A DNA stretch of 64,000 bases from an uncultured virus (IMG/VR IMGVR_UViG_3300045923_000041) (IMGVR_UViG_3300045923_000041:62001-126000); one strand, 5' to 3'; counted from the stretch's first letter, positions 30,565 to 40,001 are shown. Translations and numbers: made by a program. Notes: generated by a model not told the origin, from the letters alone.

Positions 30565-33500
30565 TCACGTGAACTTGTTCCGCCGGTTGTACTCGGCGAT
30601 ACCGTTCATGACGTGCCCTTTGATCACGTTGGCCAGCTCTTGGCCCCCAGGACCATTGACGTTGATCGAGATGCCACCACCTCCACCACCTGCCCGCCCG
30701 ATCGTCTCCTTCGGGCCCACAGACGCGAAGCCCTCGCCCGCAGGAGCGCGCATGGTCTTGGCGACGCCACCCTGAATGCTCGTGACGTAGCCGCCCGATG
30801 CGTGCGCGGGCGCAACCGGAACAGGTCCGATGGCCTCTTGGGCAGCGTTCTTGCCGAACGTGGACATCGTGGACGCACCCGACCGGAGTTGTTCGAGCAC
30901 GCCTTCCTTGCTGTCGTCCTTGTAGAGGAAGTACTCCAGGAGGGCCTCGCGGTTCGCGTCGAGAACCTGGTCGTGGCCTTCCTTCCAGAACTTGTCCTTC
31001 ATGAAGGACTGGTTGATCTTGATCCCACGGATCCAAAGGACGTTGTAGAGATCGTCGATCGTCTTGCCGCTCGACATCACATCGAGCTGATCGCTGACGT
31101 TCTGGATGGTCTGGTTCGCCTGTGCCAGGGTCGGCGTCTGGTTGTTGATGGCGTCCACGACCTGCGGGATCGGCGCCGTGTTGTCCGCCACCTTCTGCTC
31201 CGCCTGCGACTGAGCAGGGGGTCCAGCGGCGGGCGTGCCCGCACCTGCCGGGGCTCCGGTAGTGGCCACGGACGGCGCCGCGGGGCCGGCTACCCCGGGC
31301 TTGTCGTCCGAATCATCGTCCGATTCACCCATCCCTGGCTTCACCGTTCCGGGAAGACCCAGGCCACCCTTCGTGATCTTCGCGAAGCCCACCATCTTCA
31401 CGAGCTGTTGCTCGGTCATGCCCGCCATGGCGCCCTTCATGAGGGACTGCATCTGCGCGGGATTGAGTCCCGCCGCATTGGAGGCGGACGTCAGGTTCGC
31501 GCCCATCCCCTCTTCCTGCAACGCCTTCTGGAGATTGTCCTTGATGTCGTCAGACAGATCCGACTTGTTGATCGCATCCGCCTGTTGATCCGGATTGAGC
31601 GCGGCGGTGACGGACTTGAGCGCGTCGAACTGGTCGGCCGAAGAGGCGCCGCCCACCTTCTTCATGAAGGCATCGCGAAGAGCTTCGCTGGCAGTGGTCG
31701 CGTTCCCGCTCTCCGCAAGCAGCCTGCCGAGATCCTTGCTCAGAACGTCTTGCTGACCACTCAGGCTCCGGATCAGCTCCTTGTGCGCCTTGGCGGGGTC
31801 GTTCTGGTTGTTCTTGGTAGACCAGAAATCGAAGAACTCATCCAGAGTCGAGCTGACCTGTTCAAGAACCTTGTACAGGTAATTCATGATCCCATCGACG
31901 ACGAGATCCAGCTTGTCACCGAGCTTCGACGTGAGCTTCGTCTGTTGCTTGGCGTAGTTGATCTCCTTCTGCGTGTCGGCGAGCGCTTGCTGTTGCGTCT
32001 CGTCCATCGCAGCGATGATCTTCTGATCGTTGACCTTGGACTCGTCGCCCACCGTATCGGCGGTGATGCCGAGTTCCTGCATGCGCTTGACCATCTGCGC
32101 CTGCTCGGGGGACGGGTTCGGGTTCGCGAACGCCGCCTTCATCTCGTCGCGCTGCTTGTCGATCGCCTTCTCCAGCTTGACCGCCTGATCGAACTGGTCC
32201 TGGGAGATGTTGGCCGCCTTACGTGCAGCGAACGCCTGGATGCCCACCATGTCCGAAAGCTTCTTGCCCCCGCCGAACTTCTGAAGAGCAGCCTTCGTCG
32301 CGGTTACGGCACCCGCGGCACTGAGGTTCTGCATGGCCTCGGCTACGCCCACCATGCCGCCCTGCTGGACTCGCTTGTAGTCCATCTCGATCGAGGTGAT
32401 GGCCTCGTTGAGCGGACCCGAGAGCTTCTTGCCGCTCTTGGCCGACGCATCGGCCAGTGCCTTCTCCAGGGACTTGCCGCCGTCCTTGCCCGCCTTGGCC
32501 ATCGCATCCTGGAACTCTTGAGCGTTCAGGCCGATGGTGCTCTGCACCTGCGTGCTGAGGGCACGGGTCTTGTCCTCAAGGTCATCGGTCACGACCTTGG
32601 CGGCCTTACCGACGCCGAGGATGGCAACCTGACGGATGCGGTCTTCCTCGCTCATGCCCTTGTACATGTTGACGAGGGTGCCCATGAACTTCTGTGCTTC
32701 GCGCGGGTTCATCTGCTTGCCCATCAGCTTGAGCAGAGACGTCGCCTGATCGATGCGAGTGTTGTAGAGGTTCAAGTCTGCGGAGACGCCACGGATGATG
32801 GCGAAGAACTTGTTGGACGCGATGCCCGAGTCCGCGGCCGAGTCCGCGGCCGCACGGCTCATCTTGGACATCGAGAGCATCGTAGAGTCGAAGCTCTGGC
32901 CCATGTCGCGCATGGCCTCGCTCTGGAACTGCGTGATCTCCTGGAGGCTCACACCCCAGTTGCGAGAGAAGGCCACCGCGACGTGAACGGCGTCACCCCA
33001 GTCCTGAACCTGACCCGTCATTCCCGAAGCCGAGTCCTTGGCGGACTTGAACTCCCGCTTCATCGTCTTGAGGTCCACACCCTCTTGGAAGAGCGTTTGC
33101 TCGAATTGCTTGTGCTCTTGCGCAGTGATGCCCCACTGCATGTTGTCGTTGATGTCGAAGGCCGAGTCGCGCATCTTGTCGAGCGTCGCACTCAGGCTCT
33201 TGTACGCCTTGTCGGCGTCCATGCCGTTGGCGTAGAGAATCGCAGAGGTGTCCGCGCTCGCCAGCACTTCCTTGTTGAAGTCCTTGGCCTGTCCTTCGAT
33301 CTGCATGAAGAGCTTGACGAGCATCCCCGCAATGTCAGCCACACCTCCAAGAGCGGGGCCCATCTTCGAGAACGCGCTCGTGAGCCCGCCGATACCCTCG
33401 GTGAGCTTGCCGACGCCCTTCATGAGGCCGCCCATGGCACCCAAACCAATGGCGCCCGCTTTGCCCCCGGCCCCGCCCTTGCCCCATAGCTTCCCGGCCT

Positions 33501-34104
33501 TCTTGAAGGTCAGGTCGCCCATGTGCCACATCTTCTTGCCGCTGACTCTGAAGACCTTGCCGATGGTGTTTTCGAGGATCTTGGCCGCAAACGAGAAGCC
33601 CTCGGAGAGCGTCTTGACCGCCTCCGTGACAGCGCCCTCAAGATCCTTGCGGAGCAACGCTCCGCCGACCTTGAACGCTCCGGTGAGTATCTGACCCGTT
33701 CCGTGGCTGGTCGCCGCCCCGCCCTTGGAGACCGCGCCGGCGATCTTGCCGCCCACGCCAGCCTTCTGAGCCGCCGAACGAAGGCGCTTGTACTCGGCGA
33801 CCGTCTCCTGGATCTTCTTCTTCTCCGCGCCGGTCGCGTGGAGCATCTTCTCTTGCTGACGACCGATGAGGACGTTGTACTTGTGGACCTTCTGGTAGCC
33901 AGTGACGACGTCCTTGATCCTCCGGGTCATGCCGCGAAGGTTCACGTCCGAGATCTTCTTGAGCGCCTTGCTGAAAAGCTGCGCTGCACGGCTCGTCTGC
34001 TTGAACCCTTGCTGCGTACGCAGGTTGAGGTTCTTGAAGTCCTTGAGCGCTGCCTGCGTCTCAAGCTGTAGCTTTACTTGCAGTACCTCTTGTTCCGTGG
34101 GCAT
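30565..34104 (-). CDS. Tape measure protein (1179 aa)
   Basis: Long helical A/K/Q/G/M-rich protein; C-terminal HASGGYV...GGGGGISINVNG; canonical position after the tube and chaperones. Confidence 0.85.
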   Translation of the reverse strand: MPTEQEVLQVKLQLETQAALKDFKNLNLRTQQGFKQTSRAAQLFSKALKKISDVNLRGMTRRIKDVVTGYQKVHKYNVLIGRQQEKMLHATGAEKKKIQETVAEYKRLRSAAQKAGVGGKIAGAVSKGGAATSHGTGQILTGAFKVGGALLRKDLEGAVTEAVKTLSEGFSFAAKILENTIGKVFRVSGKKMWHMGDLTFKKAGKLWGKGGAGGKAGAIGLGAMGGLMKGVGKLTEGIGGLTSAFSKMGPALGGVADIAGMLVKLFMQIEGQAKDFNKEVLASADTSAILYANGMDADKAYKSLSATLDKMRDSAFDINDNMQWGITAQEHKQFEQTLFQEGVDLKTMKREFKSAKDSASGMTGQVQDWGDAVHVAVAFSRNWGVSLQEITQFQSEAMRDMGQSFDSTMLSMSKMSRAAADSAADSGIASNKFFAIIRGVSADLNLYNTRIDQATSLLKLMGKQMNPREAQKFMGTLVNMYKGMSEEDRIRQVAILGVGKAAKVVTDDLEDKTRALSTQVQSTIGLNAQEFQDAMAKAGKDGGKSLEKALADASAKSGKKLSGPLNEAITSIEMDYKRVQQGGMVGVAEAMQNLSAAGAVTATKAALQKFGGGKKLSDMVGIQAFAARKAANISQDQFDQAVKLEKAIDKQRDEMKAAFANPNPSPEQAQMVKRMQELGITADTVGDESKVNDQKIIAAMDETQQQALADTQKEINYAKQQTKLTSKLGDKLDLVVDGIMNYLYKVLEQVSSTLDEFFDFWSTKNNQNDPAKAHKELIRSLSGQQDVLSKDLGRLLAESGNATTASEALRDAFMKKVGGASSADQFDALKSVTAALNPDQQADAINKSDLSDDIKDNLQKALQEEGMGANLTSASNAAGLNPAQMQSLMKGAMAGMTEQQLVKMVGFAKITKGGLGLPGTVKPGMGESDDDSDDKPGVAGPAAPSVATTGAPAGAGTPAAGPPAQSQAEQKVADNTAPIPQVVDAINNQTPTLAQANQTIQNVSDQLDVMSSGKTIDDLYNVLWIRGIKINQSFMKDKFWKEGHDQVLDANREALLEYFLYKDDSKEGVLEQLRSGASTMSTFGKNAAQEAIGPVPVAPAHASGGYVTSIQGGVAKTMRAPAGEGFASVGPKETIGRAGGGGGGISINVNGPGGQELANVIKGHVMNGIAEYNRRNKFT

Positions 34105-34107
34105 CTG

Positions 34108-35412
34108 TTATCTCCCCTTGCGGAACGTCGGGGGCTTCGCCGCAGACGCCGGGATACTGGGTTGAACCTCTTGGGGAGGCTGGATCCCCAAACGCGCCAT
34201 GCGCCGTTCGAACTGCTCATCATGCAGCTCGGGCCAAGTCATCCGCTTCGCATCGGATTGTGCCTCGTACTGCTTGTGTCGAACCATGCGCTCCCGGACC
34301 TCGACGGGGGTCAGACCCGTCATGTCTGTGCCTCCGACAAGTGCTTTCCCGTCGAACTCCTCTTCGCGGGCCTTCGCCATGGCGGTCAGTTCTTCACGAC
34401 GATCTTCGTAGCCCTTTCGGATCTTCGCCTCGGACTGCTCCACGATGATGTCGTGCCAGTCTTTCTCACCGCGAAGGTCGCTGTCGAGCTGCTTGATCAG
34501 CTCCTCGGTCGTGCGTGCGGCAACCCAGACCGCCCCGTCCTTGAGCAGCTTGGGGCGCATAGGCTCCCCAAGTAGGACATGCCGCAGAAGCTCGTCCTTG
34601 CGGGAGATCAGCTCTTCACGCTCTTGCTTTCGGCGCTGGTTGTCCTGGTTGTAGATCTTCGAGACACCCTTGCCCGCGCTGCACGACCCAATGAACTTCG
34701 CGTGATCCCAGCGGTGCTCCAAGTCCTCTCGGAGATCCTCGAAGCGGTTGAGGGCACGCCAGATAAGCTGCGCCCAGTTCAGCCCGAGCTGCGATGTTCC
34801 TGCGATCCCCGTCATGGCCGTCGAGGTCATGTCGATGTTCTGGACCTGGAACCAGCGGTAGCGGGACTGCTTCTCGGTCACGTAGCACTCCGTCAAGGTG
34901 ACCGCGTTGCTGGCGCGACGGTTGATCTCGCTGAGGTGGCGGACGATACGCTGCTTGACCGACAGGTGGAAGTCCCCGAACGTCTTGGCCAGAACCGAGA
35001 TGAAGTGGTCCCGGTTCGGCAGCACGTTGACGCCGTCCACCATGAGGACGCCGTAGGCCAGGAACATGTCCCAGAAGCGCTGCGACGGCTGACCGTTCTT
35101 CGTGTGACCCCCAGACATGCGGATCAGCTCGAACTCGTGATGGTTGAGAGACTTGAAGACGAAGTGCACGTCGTTGATCTCGGCGCTCTGCGTCAGGAAG
35201 CCGCGATAGAGAAGCGACTCGACGTCCTTGTAGACCTCGGGATTGACCTCCGGTTCACGAGGAGCTTCGACTCGCTTCTCTTCGTCCTTCTCAAGCTGGT
35301 CCAGTTCCGCTTGCTGCCGATCGTAAGGCGTAGCACTAGCGGGCCGATCGAACTCGGTCCGACCATGGAGCCTGGCCTGCTCCTCCCGATAGCTACGAGC
35401 GGCTTGCGGCAT
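34108..35412 (-). CDS. Tail assembly chaperone 2
   Basis: FVFKSLNHHE...YGVLMVDGVNV resembles chaperone 1; immediately before the TMP. Confidence 0.6.
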   Translation of the reverse strand: MPQAARSYREEQARLHGRTEFDRPASATPYDRQQAELDQLEKDEEKRVEAPREPEVNPEVYKDVESLLYRGFLTQSAEINDVHFVFKSLNHHEFELIRMSGGHTKNGQPSQRFWDMFLAYGVLMVDGVNVLPNRDHFISVLAKTFGDFHLSVKQRIVRHLSEINRRASNAVTLTECYVTEKQSRYRWFQVQNIDMTSTAMTGIAGTSQLGLNWAQLIWRALNRFEDLREDLEHRWDHAKFIGSCSAGKGVSKIYNQDNQRRKQEREELISRKDELLRHVLLGEPMRPKLLKDGAVWVAARTTEELIKQLDSDLRGEKDWHDIIVEQSEAKIRKGYEDRREELTAMAKAREEEFDGKALVGGTDMTGLTPVEVRERMVRHKQYEAQSDAKRMTWPELHDEQFERRMARLGIQPPQEVQPSIPASAAKPPTFRKGR

Positions 35413-35415
35413 GGA

Positions 35416-36567
35416 TCAGCGCTGCGGGCGGAACTTGGGGTTGATGCCGCCTGCTGGCCTCGGTTCGAGGATGCTTGCGAGGCCCCTCGGGTCCGTGTGC
35501 TGTTGTCCACGCTGCGCCAAAACCGGGGTAGGCGCCCTCTCTGCGGGCGATACGAACGTCCCCGGCGGAGCGTTGGGGGGTGCCACCATCCCGGGCGGAA
35601 TGACCGCCTGGGGAGGCGCTGCGCGAAGGGCCTCATCGATCATGGCGGCCTCGGCCGGGATGCGGCCAGCGACTACGGGCGGCCCGGTCATGGCTGGTGG
35701 AGCAACCGGAGGCGGACTGACGTACTGCGGCGCAGACGTTGCCGGCTCACGAACCTCAATCGGAGCCTTCGGCATCTCGGGGATGGGCACCGGCTGTTGG
35801 TTCATGGGCACCCGCTGCCTCATGATGTTGGCGACGTTCTGGATGGGGTCCGCCTTCTCGGCGACCGGACCACGAGTCGGGGTCGGTGCGGGAGCCTGAA
35901 CCGGAGGCGGGGCTGCCTGCGGAGCTTCCGCAGCCGGAGCCGGCTGGGGGTCGGAATGCCGCTGGTCGAACTCCCGCAACATCTCCGTGTCCTGCGGCGT
36001 CGTGTAGAACGTGTACCCGTTCTCGTGCAGGATCGCTTCGAGGATGGGCGGCGGAACCTCCGCTTCCAGTTCCTTCAGCTCGCCGAGGATGCGGCGGTAC
36101 TTCTCCTCCGCGCTCTCCTCCGCGACGACGAAGTGCACACCCTCTTTGGCCTTGTTCTCGGCGAGCTGCACCGCGTCCGTGAACTTCCGGTACGCCGTGA
36201 AGATCGCTTCCTTACTCCACGTCGCCAGGACGTTCTTGCGGAGCCAGTCGTGCACCTCACGCTTGACAGTGCGCATCTGTGCCCGATTCTTGGGGTCGGG
36301 CTCCTCGACCTCTACGAAGTCAGCTTCACGGAGATCGACGCCGTTGATCTCGACGATCGAACGGCAGACGTGCCCCTCTTGCCACTTGTTGAGGTACGCC
36401 AGATCTTCCAGGTCTTTGCATTCCTGGACGACGGCCTCGTATTCGTCGGGACGGAGGTTGCGAAGAACAACCTCACAGTCCCCGACCTTGAACTTCTCTT
36501 CGACGAGCCCGACAGCCTTTGCTTGCTGAAGAGCCTCGGTGAGGTGCTTTGCGGATACGACTCCCAT
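35416..36567 (-). CDS. Tail assembly chaperone 1 with Pro-rich disordered C-terminal half
   Basis: VVLRNLRPDE...RSIVEINGVDL; between tube and TMP; AAGGAG SD. Confidence 0.65.
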   Translation of the reverse strand: MGVVSAKHLTEALQQAKAVGLVEEKFKVGDCEVVLRNLRPDEYEAVVQECKDLEDLAYLNKWQEGHVCRSIVEINGVDLREADFVEVEEPDPKNRAQMRTVKREVHDWLRKNVLATWSKEAIFTAYRKFTDAVQLAENKAKEGVHFVVAEESAEEKYRRILGELKELEAEVPPPILEAILHENGYTFYTTPQDTEMLREFDQRHSDPQPAPAAEAPQAAPPPVQAPAPTPTRGPVAEKADPIQNVANIMRQRVPMNQQPVPIPEMPKAPIEVREPATSAPQYVSPPPVAPPAMTGPPVVAGRIPAEAAMIDEALRAAPPQAVIPPGMVAPPNAPPGTFVSPAERAPTPVLAQRGQQHTDPRGLASILEPRPAGGINPKFRPQR

Positions 36568-36569
36568 CC

Positions 36570-36746
36570 TCGATCTCCTTGTCCATTTTGTTTGGACGCG
36601 ACCTAGAGGATGGCGACGGATAGGCGAGAGCGAATCTACATCTGGATCCGAGTCCCACTACAGGGAGACAGGAGCCATGTGCATTTGGTCTGATCTGGTC
36701 CGATTTACATCTTGGATCGCGTCGCCGTCTCAGGCTGCGTGCCCGA
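36570..36746 (-). promoter_or_regulatory. Structured intergenic leader with RRAYS pentamer array
   Basis: GACGGCGACG (36729-36720) pairs 9/10 with CGTCGCCATC (36618-36609), enclosing AAATC-GGACC-AGATC-AGACC-AAATG and GGATC-C-AGATG-T-AGATT. Confidence 0.5.
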
Positions 36747-37496
36747 TCACACGTTCGGTGGGACCGGAATGACCGCCGCGCTGTTGCTTGCGAAGCGGAG
36801 CGAGAAGCCCGAACCCGCCTGTCCGTTGGACGAGATGGGAGCGAGGCCCGTGTCGATGAACTCCCCGTACTGGGAGAAGCCGTCGATGACGTCAGAGACC
36901 TTGACCGAGGAGTTCTCGGCCACCATCGCTGCGTCCGACGTGTAGCTGGCGTTGTACGACTCGAACCAGCAACCCTCGAAGAAGGTGTACAGCGACTTGA
37001 CCGCGATGATCGGGGTGGTCGCCGGGTTGAAGATGAACTGCTGCGAGGGCGAGTTGCCGTTGGGGGACGACGCGGGCTGCGCGTTCGGTCCAGCGCCGAC
37101 GTCCTGTTGGACGCTGATCTCGCTGATCACCAGCTCTTGCTTGATGTCGAACGGCCAGCGGTGGTGCTTGAGCGAGCGGGCGATGCCGTCGATCCCTGCC
37201 TTGTAGCCCACCGTCTGGAAGATGTTGGCCGTGTAGAGCAGGGTCTTGTTGAGCGTGAGCGTCATCGGCTCAGTGACGCCGGGCACCAGCTCGGCGATCT
37301 GATCACCGAAGCCGACACCACGCACCGGGTCGATCGTACGAGACTCGTCAGAGCCGAACTCGGAGATCGCGCCGATCTGCACGAACCCCTGTCCGCCCAC
37401 GGAGTAACCGTAGACCTTGTTCTTCTGGGAGACGGCTGCGCGCGTGTTCGGCGCAGTCCCCATCCTGTAGATGTAGTTCGTGGTCGTGACCGGCAT
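36747..37496 (-). CDS. Tail tube protein
   Basis: QIGAISEF..ESRTIDPVRGVG...ELVPG...PFDI...FEGCWFESY..SY is the myovirus tube pattern; precedes the chaperones and TMP. Confidence 0.8.
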   Translation of the reverse strand: MPVTTTNYIYRMGTAPNTRAAVSQKNKVYGYSVGGQGFVQIGAISEFGSDESRTIDPVRGVGFGDQIAELVPGVTEPMTLTLNKTLLYTANIFQTVGYKAGIDGIARSLKHHRWPFDIKQELVISEISVQQDVGAGPNAQPASSPNGNSPSQQFIFNPATTPIIAVKSLYTFFEGCWFESYNASYTSDAAMVAENSSVKVSDVIDGFSQYGEFIDTGLAPISSNGQAGSGFSLRFASNSAAVIPVPPNV

Positions 37497-37517
37497 GACT
37501 GCTTACCCCTCGTCCCT

Positions 37518-38483
37518 TCAGACCTTCGCCGAAGCGAAGAGCCCGTGGATGTACTGAGCTTGCTTGGCGAGAGCCGTCAGGTCCTTGGCGACCCAGGGCT
37601 GCGCGAGATCGACGTTGTTGACGATCTCGGTCACGCGCGACGCGATGGCATAGAGGTCTTCCTTCGCCTTGGACGCGTTGAACTTGCGACCTGCCGTCAC
37701 GAGGGCATCGACCTTGACGCTCGTCTCCTCGACCGTGTTGATGATCGAGTCGGCGAGGCCGGTGTTCTGCTTGAGGCTTTCGAGCGAAGGCTGAGCCGCG
37801 GGTGCCGCAGCAGCCGGGGCGACCTCAGCGGCCGTCTTCGGGGCGTAGACCGGGGTGGTCGAGGGCTCCGGAGCGTAGACCGACTTGGTCGAAGGGCTGG
37901 CCGTCTCCACCTTCACGCCCTGCGCACTTCCGTGCGTGGCGCTCGCGGGGAGCTTCTGGCCTGCGTCTGCCGTGTCCACGACAGGCTTCGAGTCGATGTA
38001 CCACGCGTCGTTCTTGCTCTGGTCACCCGGGTCGTAGAAGTGCAGCCCGCCGACCAGTGAACGAAGCTCACTGTGCAGCTTCGGAGCGATCAGTTGTCCT
38101 GAGGCGTGCTTGTCGAGCAGGGTAACAACCCCCTCGATCTTCCCGAGCCTCTCCAGGAGCGTCTTTGCGTCAGCCATGGCTGGTCCTTCCCTCGTCGAGG
38201 TTCGATCTGAGCGCGGGATAAGAGAACTAGTGAAGTCCCCAGCGGTACCCCACCTGGATACATGGGGCTTCAAAAGCTCTCCCATAGCGTCCAGGTCCAC
38301 CGTAACTACGGCCGAACCGCCTTGGTTGAAGGCGTCGAGCACCTTACGTGCGAACCGCAAGGGGGTCAGCTCTGTCACGAACTTCAGCATCGAGACTGGG
38401 CCCAGCATCATCCGCTGGCCACCCGGCAGGGTCACGAAGTCTCGCAGACCATCCGTTCCGATGGTGACAATCGCCTTCCGCAT
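37518..38483 (-). CDS. Hypothetical protein with probable internal in-frame start at 38177 (MADAKTLL...)
   Basis: Open frame. The ATG at 38483 is abutted by a hairpin; the internal ATG at 38177 has a GAGGGAAGGA SD and a promoter motif upstream. Confidence 0.65.
   Translation of the reverse strand: MRKAIVTIGTDGLRDFVTLPGGQRMMLGPVSMLKFVTELTPLRFARKVLDAFNQGGSAVVTVDLDAMGELLKPHVSRWGTAGDFTSSLIPRSDRTSTREGPAMADAKTLLERLGKIEGVVTLLDKHASGQLIAPKLHSELRSLVGGLHFYDPGDQSKNDAWYIDSKPVVDTADAGQKLPASATHGSAQGVKVETASPSTKSVYAPEPSTTPVYAPKTAAEVAPAAAAPAAQPSLESLKQNTGLADSIINTVEETSVKVDALVTAGRKFNASKAKEDLYAIASRVTEIVNNVDLAQPWVAKDLTALAKQAQYIHGLFASAKV
38215..38227 (-). promoter_or_regulatory. Putative late-promoter motif inside a CDS (GTTCTCTTATCCC)
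   Basis: Matches the recurring motif; about 40 nt upstream of the internal ATG at 38177. Confidence 0.5.
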
Positions 38484-38504
38484 GTGCGCTCTATCAGAGC
38501 GCAC
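38484..38504. repeat. Perfect 9-bp inverted repeat (GTGCGCTCT-nnn-AGAGCGCAC)
   Basis: Seen directly; abuts the ATG at 38483. Confidence 0.8.
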
Positions 38505-38515
38505 GAAAGGAAACG

Positions 38516-38683
38516 TCAGTCTGCGTCTAGCGCTTCGTCATCAAGCCCGAGGTGGTCGAAGTCGGGAGGGGGCGATGGGATAGTGTCTCTCCGCCCCTCT
38601 TCCACCATCTCTTCGAAGTCCTCGAAGTGGTCGAACACGGGGTGGTCTACGCTGAGCAACTCGTCGATGACGGGGACTGCCAT
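38516..38683 (-). CDS. Highly acidic 55-aa micro-protein
   Basis: MAVPVIDELLSVDHPVFDHFEDFEEMVEEGRRDTIPSPPPDFDHLGLDDEALDAD; fills the gap between genes; AGGA upstream; below the ORF-track size cut-off. Confidence 0.6.
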   Translation of the reverse strand: MAVPVIDELLSVDHPVFDHFEDFEEMVEEGRRDTIPSPPPDFDHLGLDDEALDAD

Positions 38684-38702
38684 GTTCTGCTTCCTGTACC
38701 CG

Positions 38703-39557
38703 TCAGACCCTCAAAAAGACTTCCATCAAATGGGGGATGTCGATGAGGGTGCCCGTAGGTGGGGAACGCAGCCATAGCTCGTCTGCCGTCCATTCCGGGG
38801 GTTGACCCAAAGCCGCCTCAATCTGGTTGAGCAGAGAGGCCGCCTGCACGAGATTAAAGGGCACGTACACGCTCTTGCGCGATCCCAGCACCTCGCGATG
38901 GCCAGCCTTACCCGGGGGTCCCAGGAGCACCCCTCGGAGGTACCCCTGGCGGTACAGGTCAATCCACGTGAGGTTCAACCTCCCCCGACCCTCAGCTACT
39001 ACGAATCCATTTGTTCCAGTTTCAAGGATCGTTGCCGTTGGGAGTTGTTGCCCAACATGGGGGAGACGATCTTCCGTGACGTGCTCGTAGATCCACCCAA
39101 CAACCGTCCGTAGCTGCTCGCCTTGCTCCTTCTTGGAAGTCTCCCGGGTGAAGAGGAGCGTGACCATCACAAGAAAGTTCACGAGATCTGGGGCCAGGTG
39201 CGCGAGGCCCTGAATGCCACGTCGATGTGCCAGGTCCACGGAGGCAAGCAAGCCGGGCGTGGCCGGATGTGTCACGAGATCACGGTGCAGGAACAACGTG
39301 ATGGCGTATAGCGTGTCGAAGTTCTCAAGTGTCCGAGTGACGAACTTCTCTGGCAGCGGACGCCCAAGCAGCACATCCTCGTAGAAGCTCCACAAGGCAC
39401 CTGGGTCCACGAGTGTGAACTCCGCCCCGTGATGCTCGTACGCATACAGGTGCGGATCAGCCGCTTGCGCACGCGTGAGGCCGGTCTCGAACGAGATAGC
39501 GTCCTTGACGAGGCCGTTGACCTTGGGGTCAACGAGCACCTGAAGCTGGATCTCCAC
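38703..39557 (-). CDS. Hypothetical protein, possibly degenerate DHH-like phosphoesterase fold
   Basis: YEHHG, FVTRTLENFDTLYAITLFL and SVDLAHRRG resemble permuted DHH-type motifs with acidic residues substituted. Confidence 0.4.
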   Translation of the reverse strand: MEIQLQVLVDPKVNGLVKDAISFETGLTRAQAADPHLYAYEHHGAEFTLVDPGALWSFYEDVLLGRPLPEKFVTRTLENFDTLYAITLFLHRDLVTHPATPGLLASVDLAHRRGIQGLAHLAPDLVNFLVMVTLLFTRETSKKEQGEQLRTVVGWIYEHVTEDRLPHVGQQLPTATILETGTNGFVVAEGRGRLNLTWIDLYRQGYLRGVLLGPPGKAGHREVLGSRKSVYVPFNLVQAASLLNQIEAALGQPPEWTADELWLRSPPTGTLIDIPHLMEVFLRV

Positions 39558-39566
39558 CGAGGGTCG

Positions 39567-40001
39567 TTACACCGGCTCGGCTTCGGGCTCCGGCTTCTTC
39601 GCGTGCCAGTCGATGAACCGACCCGCCTCGATGGCGTCCTCGTGCTCGTCGAACAGCTCCATGTACTTCTCGATGCGGTCCCGCACGCCGTCACGCCAGT
39701 TCTGCGTGCGCTTGACCTTGAGGATCATGTCCCTGGGCATGAGCGGCCGGTTCTTCGAGAAGTCGTACATGATCATCTGGATGATGTCGGCGCCGCTCTT
39801 GCGGGTCTGCGCCCCCTCGGTCGGAACCGTCGTACGGATGCGGATACCGACCTTCGGCGTCAGAAAGAGGTCGTAGGTCACCTCTCCCATCGAACTGCCC
39901 TGCTTGGGGTGGAGCGCGTGGAAGGCGCGCTTGAGGAAGGTATCCCACTCCTCAAGCGAAGCCTCCGTGTACGTCGCCCCTGCCATGCCCTCTCGCTTCA
40001 T
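39567..40001 (-). CDS. Hypothetical phage protein (144 aa)
   Basis: ATGA overlap with the helicase stop and GGAGG SD support a start at 40001 rather than 40220. Confidence 0.7.
   Translation of the reverse strand: MKREGMAGATYTEASLEEWDTFLKRAFHALHPKQGSSMGEVTYDLFLTPKVGIRIRTTVPTEGAQTRKSGADIIQMIMYDFSKNRPLMPRDMILKVKRTQNWRDGVRDRIEKYMELFDEHEDAIEAGRFIDWHAKKPEPEAEPV

Noticed and set aside
35400..35460. Programmed -1 frameshift between the tail chaperones
   Set aside because: No XXXYYYZ heptamer near the first stop; the second gene has its own ATG 3 nt downstream.
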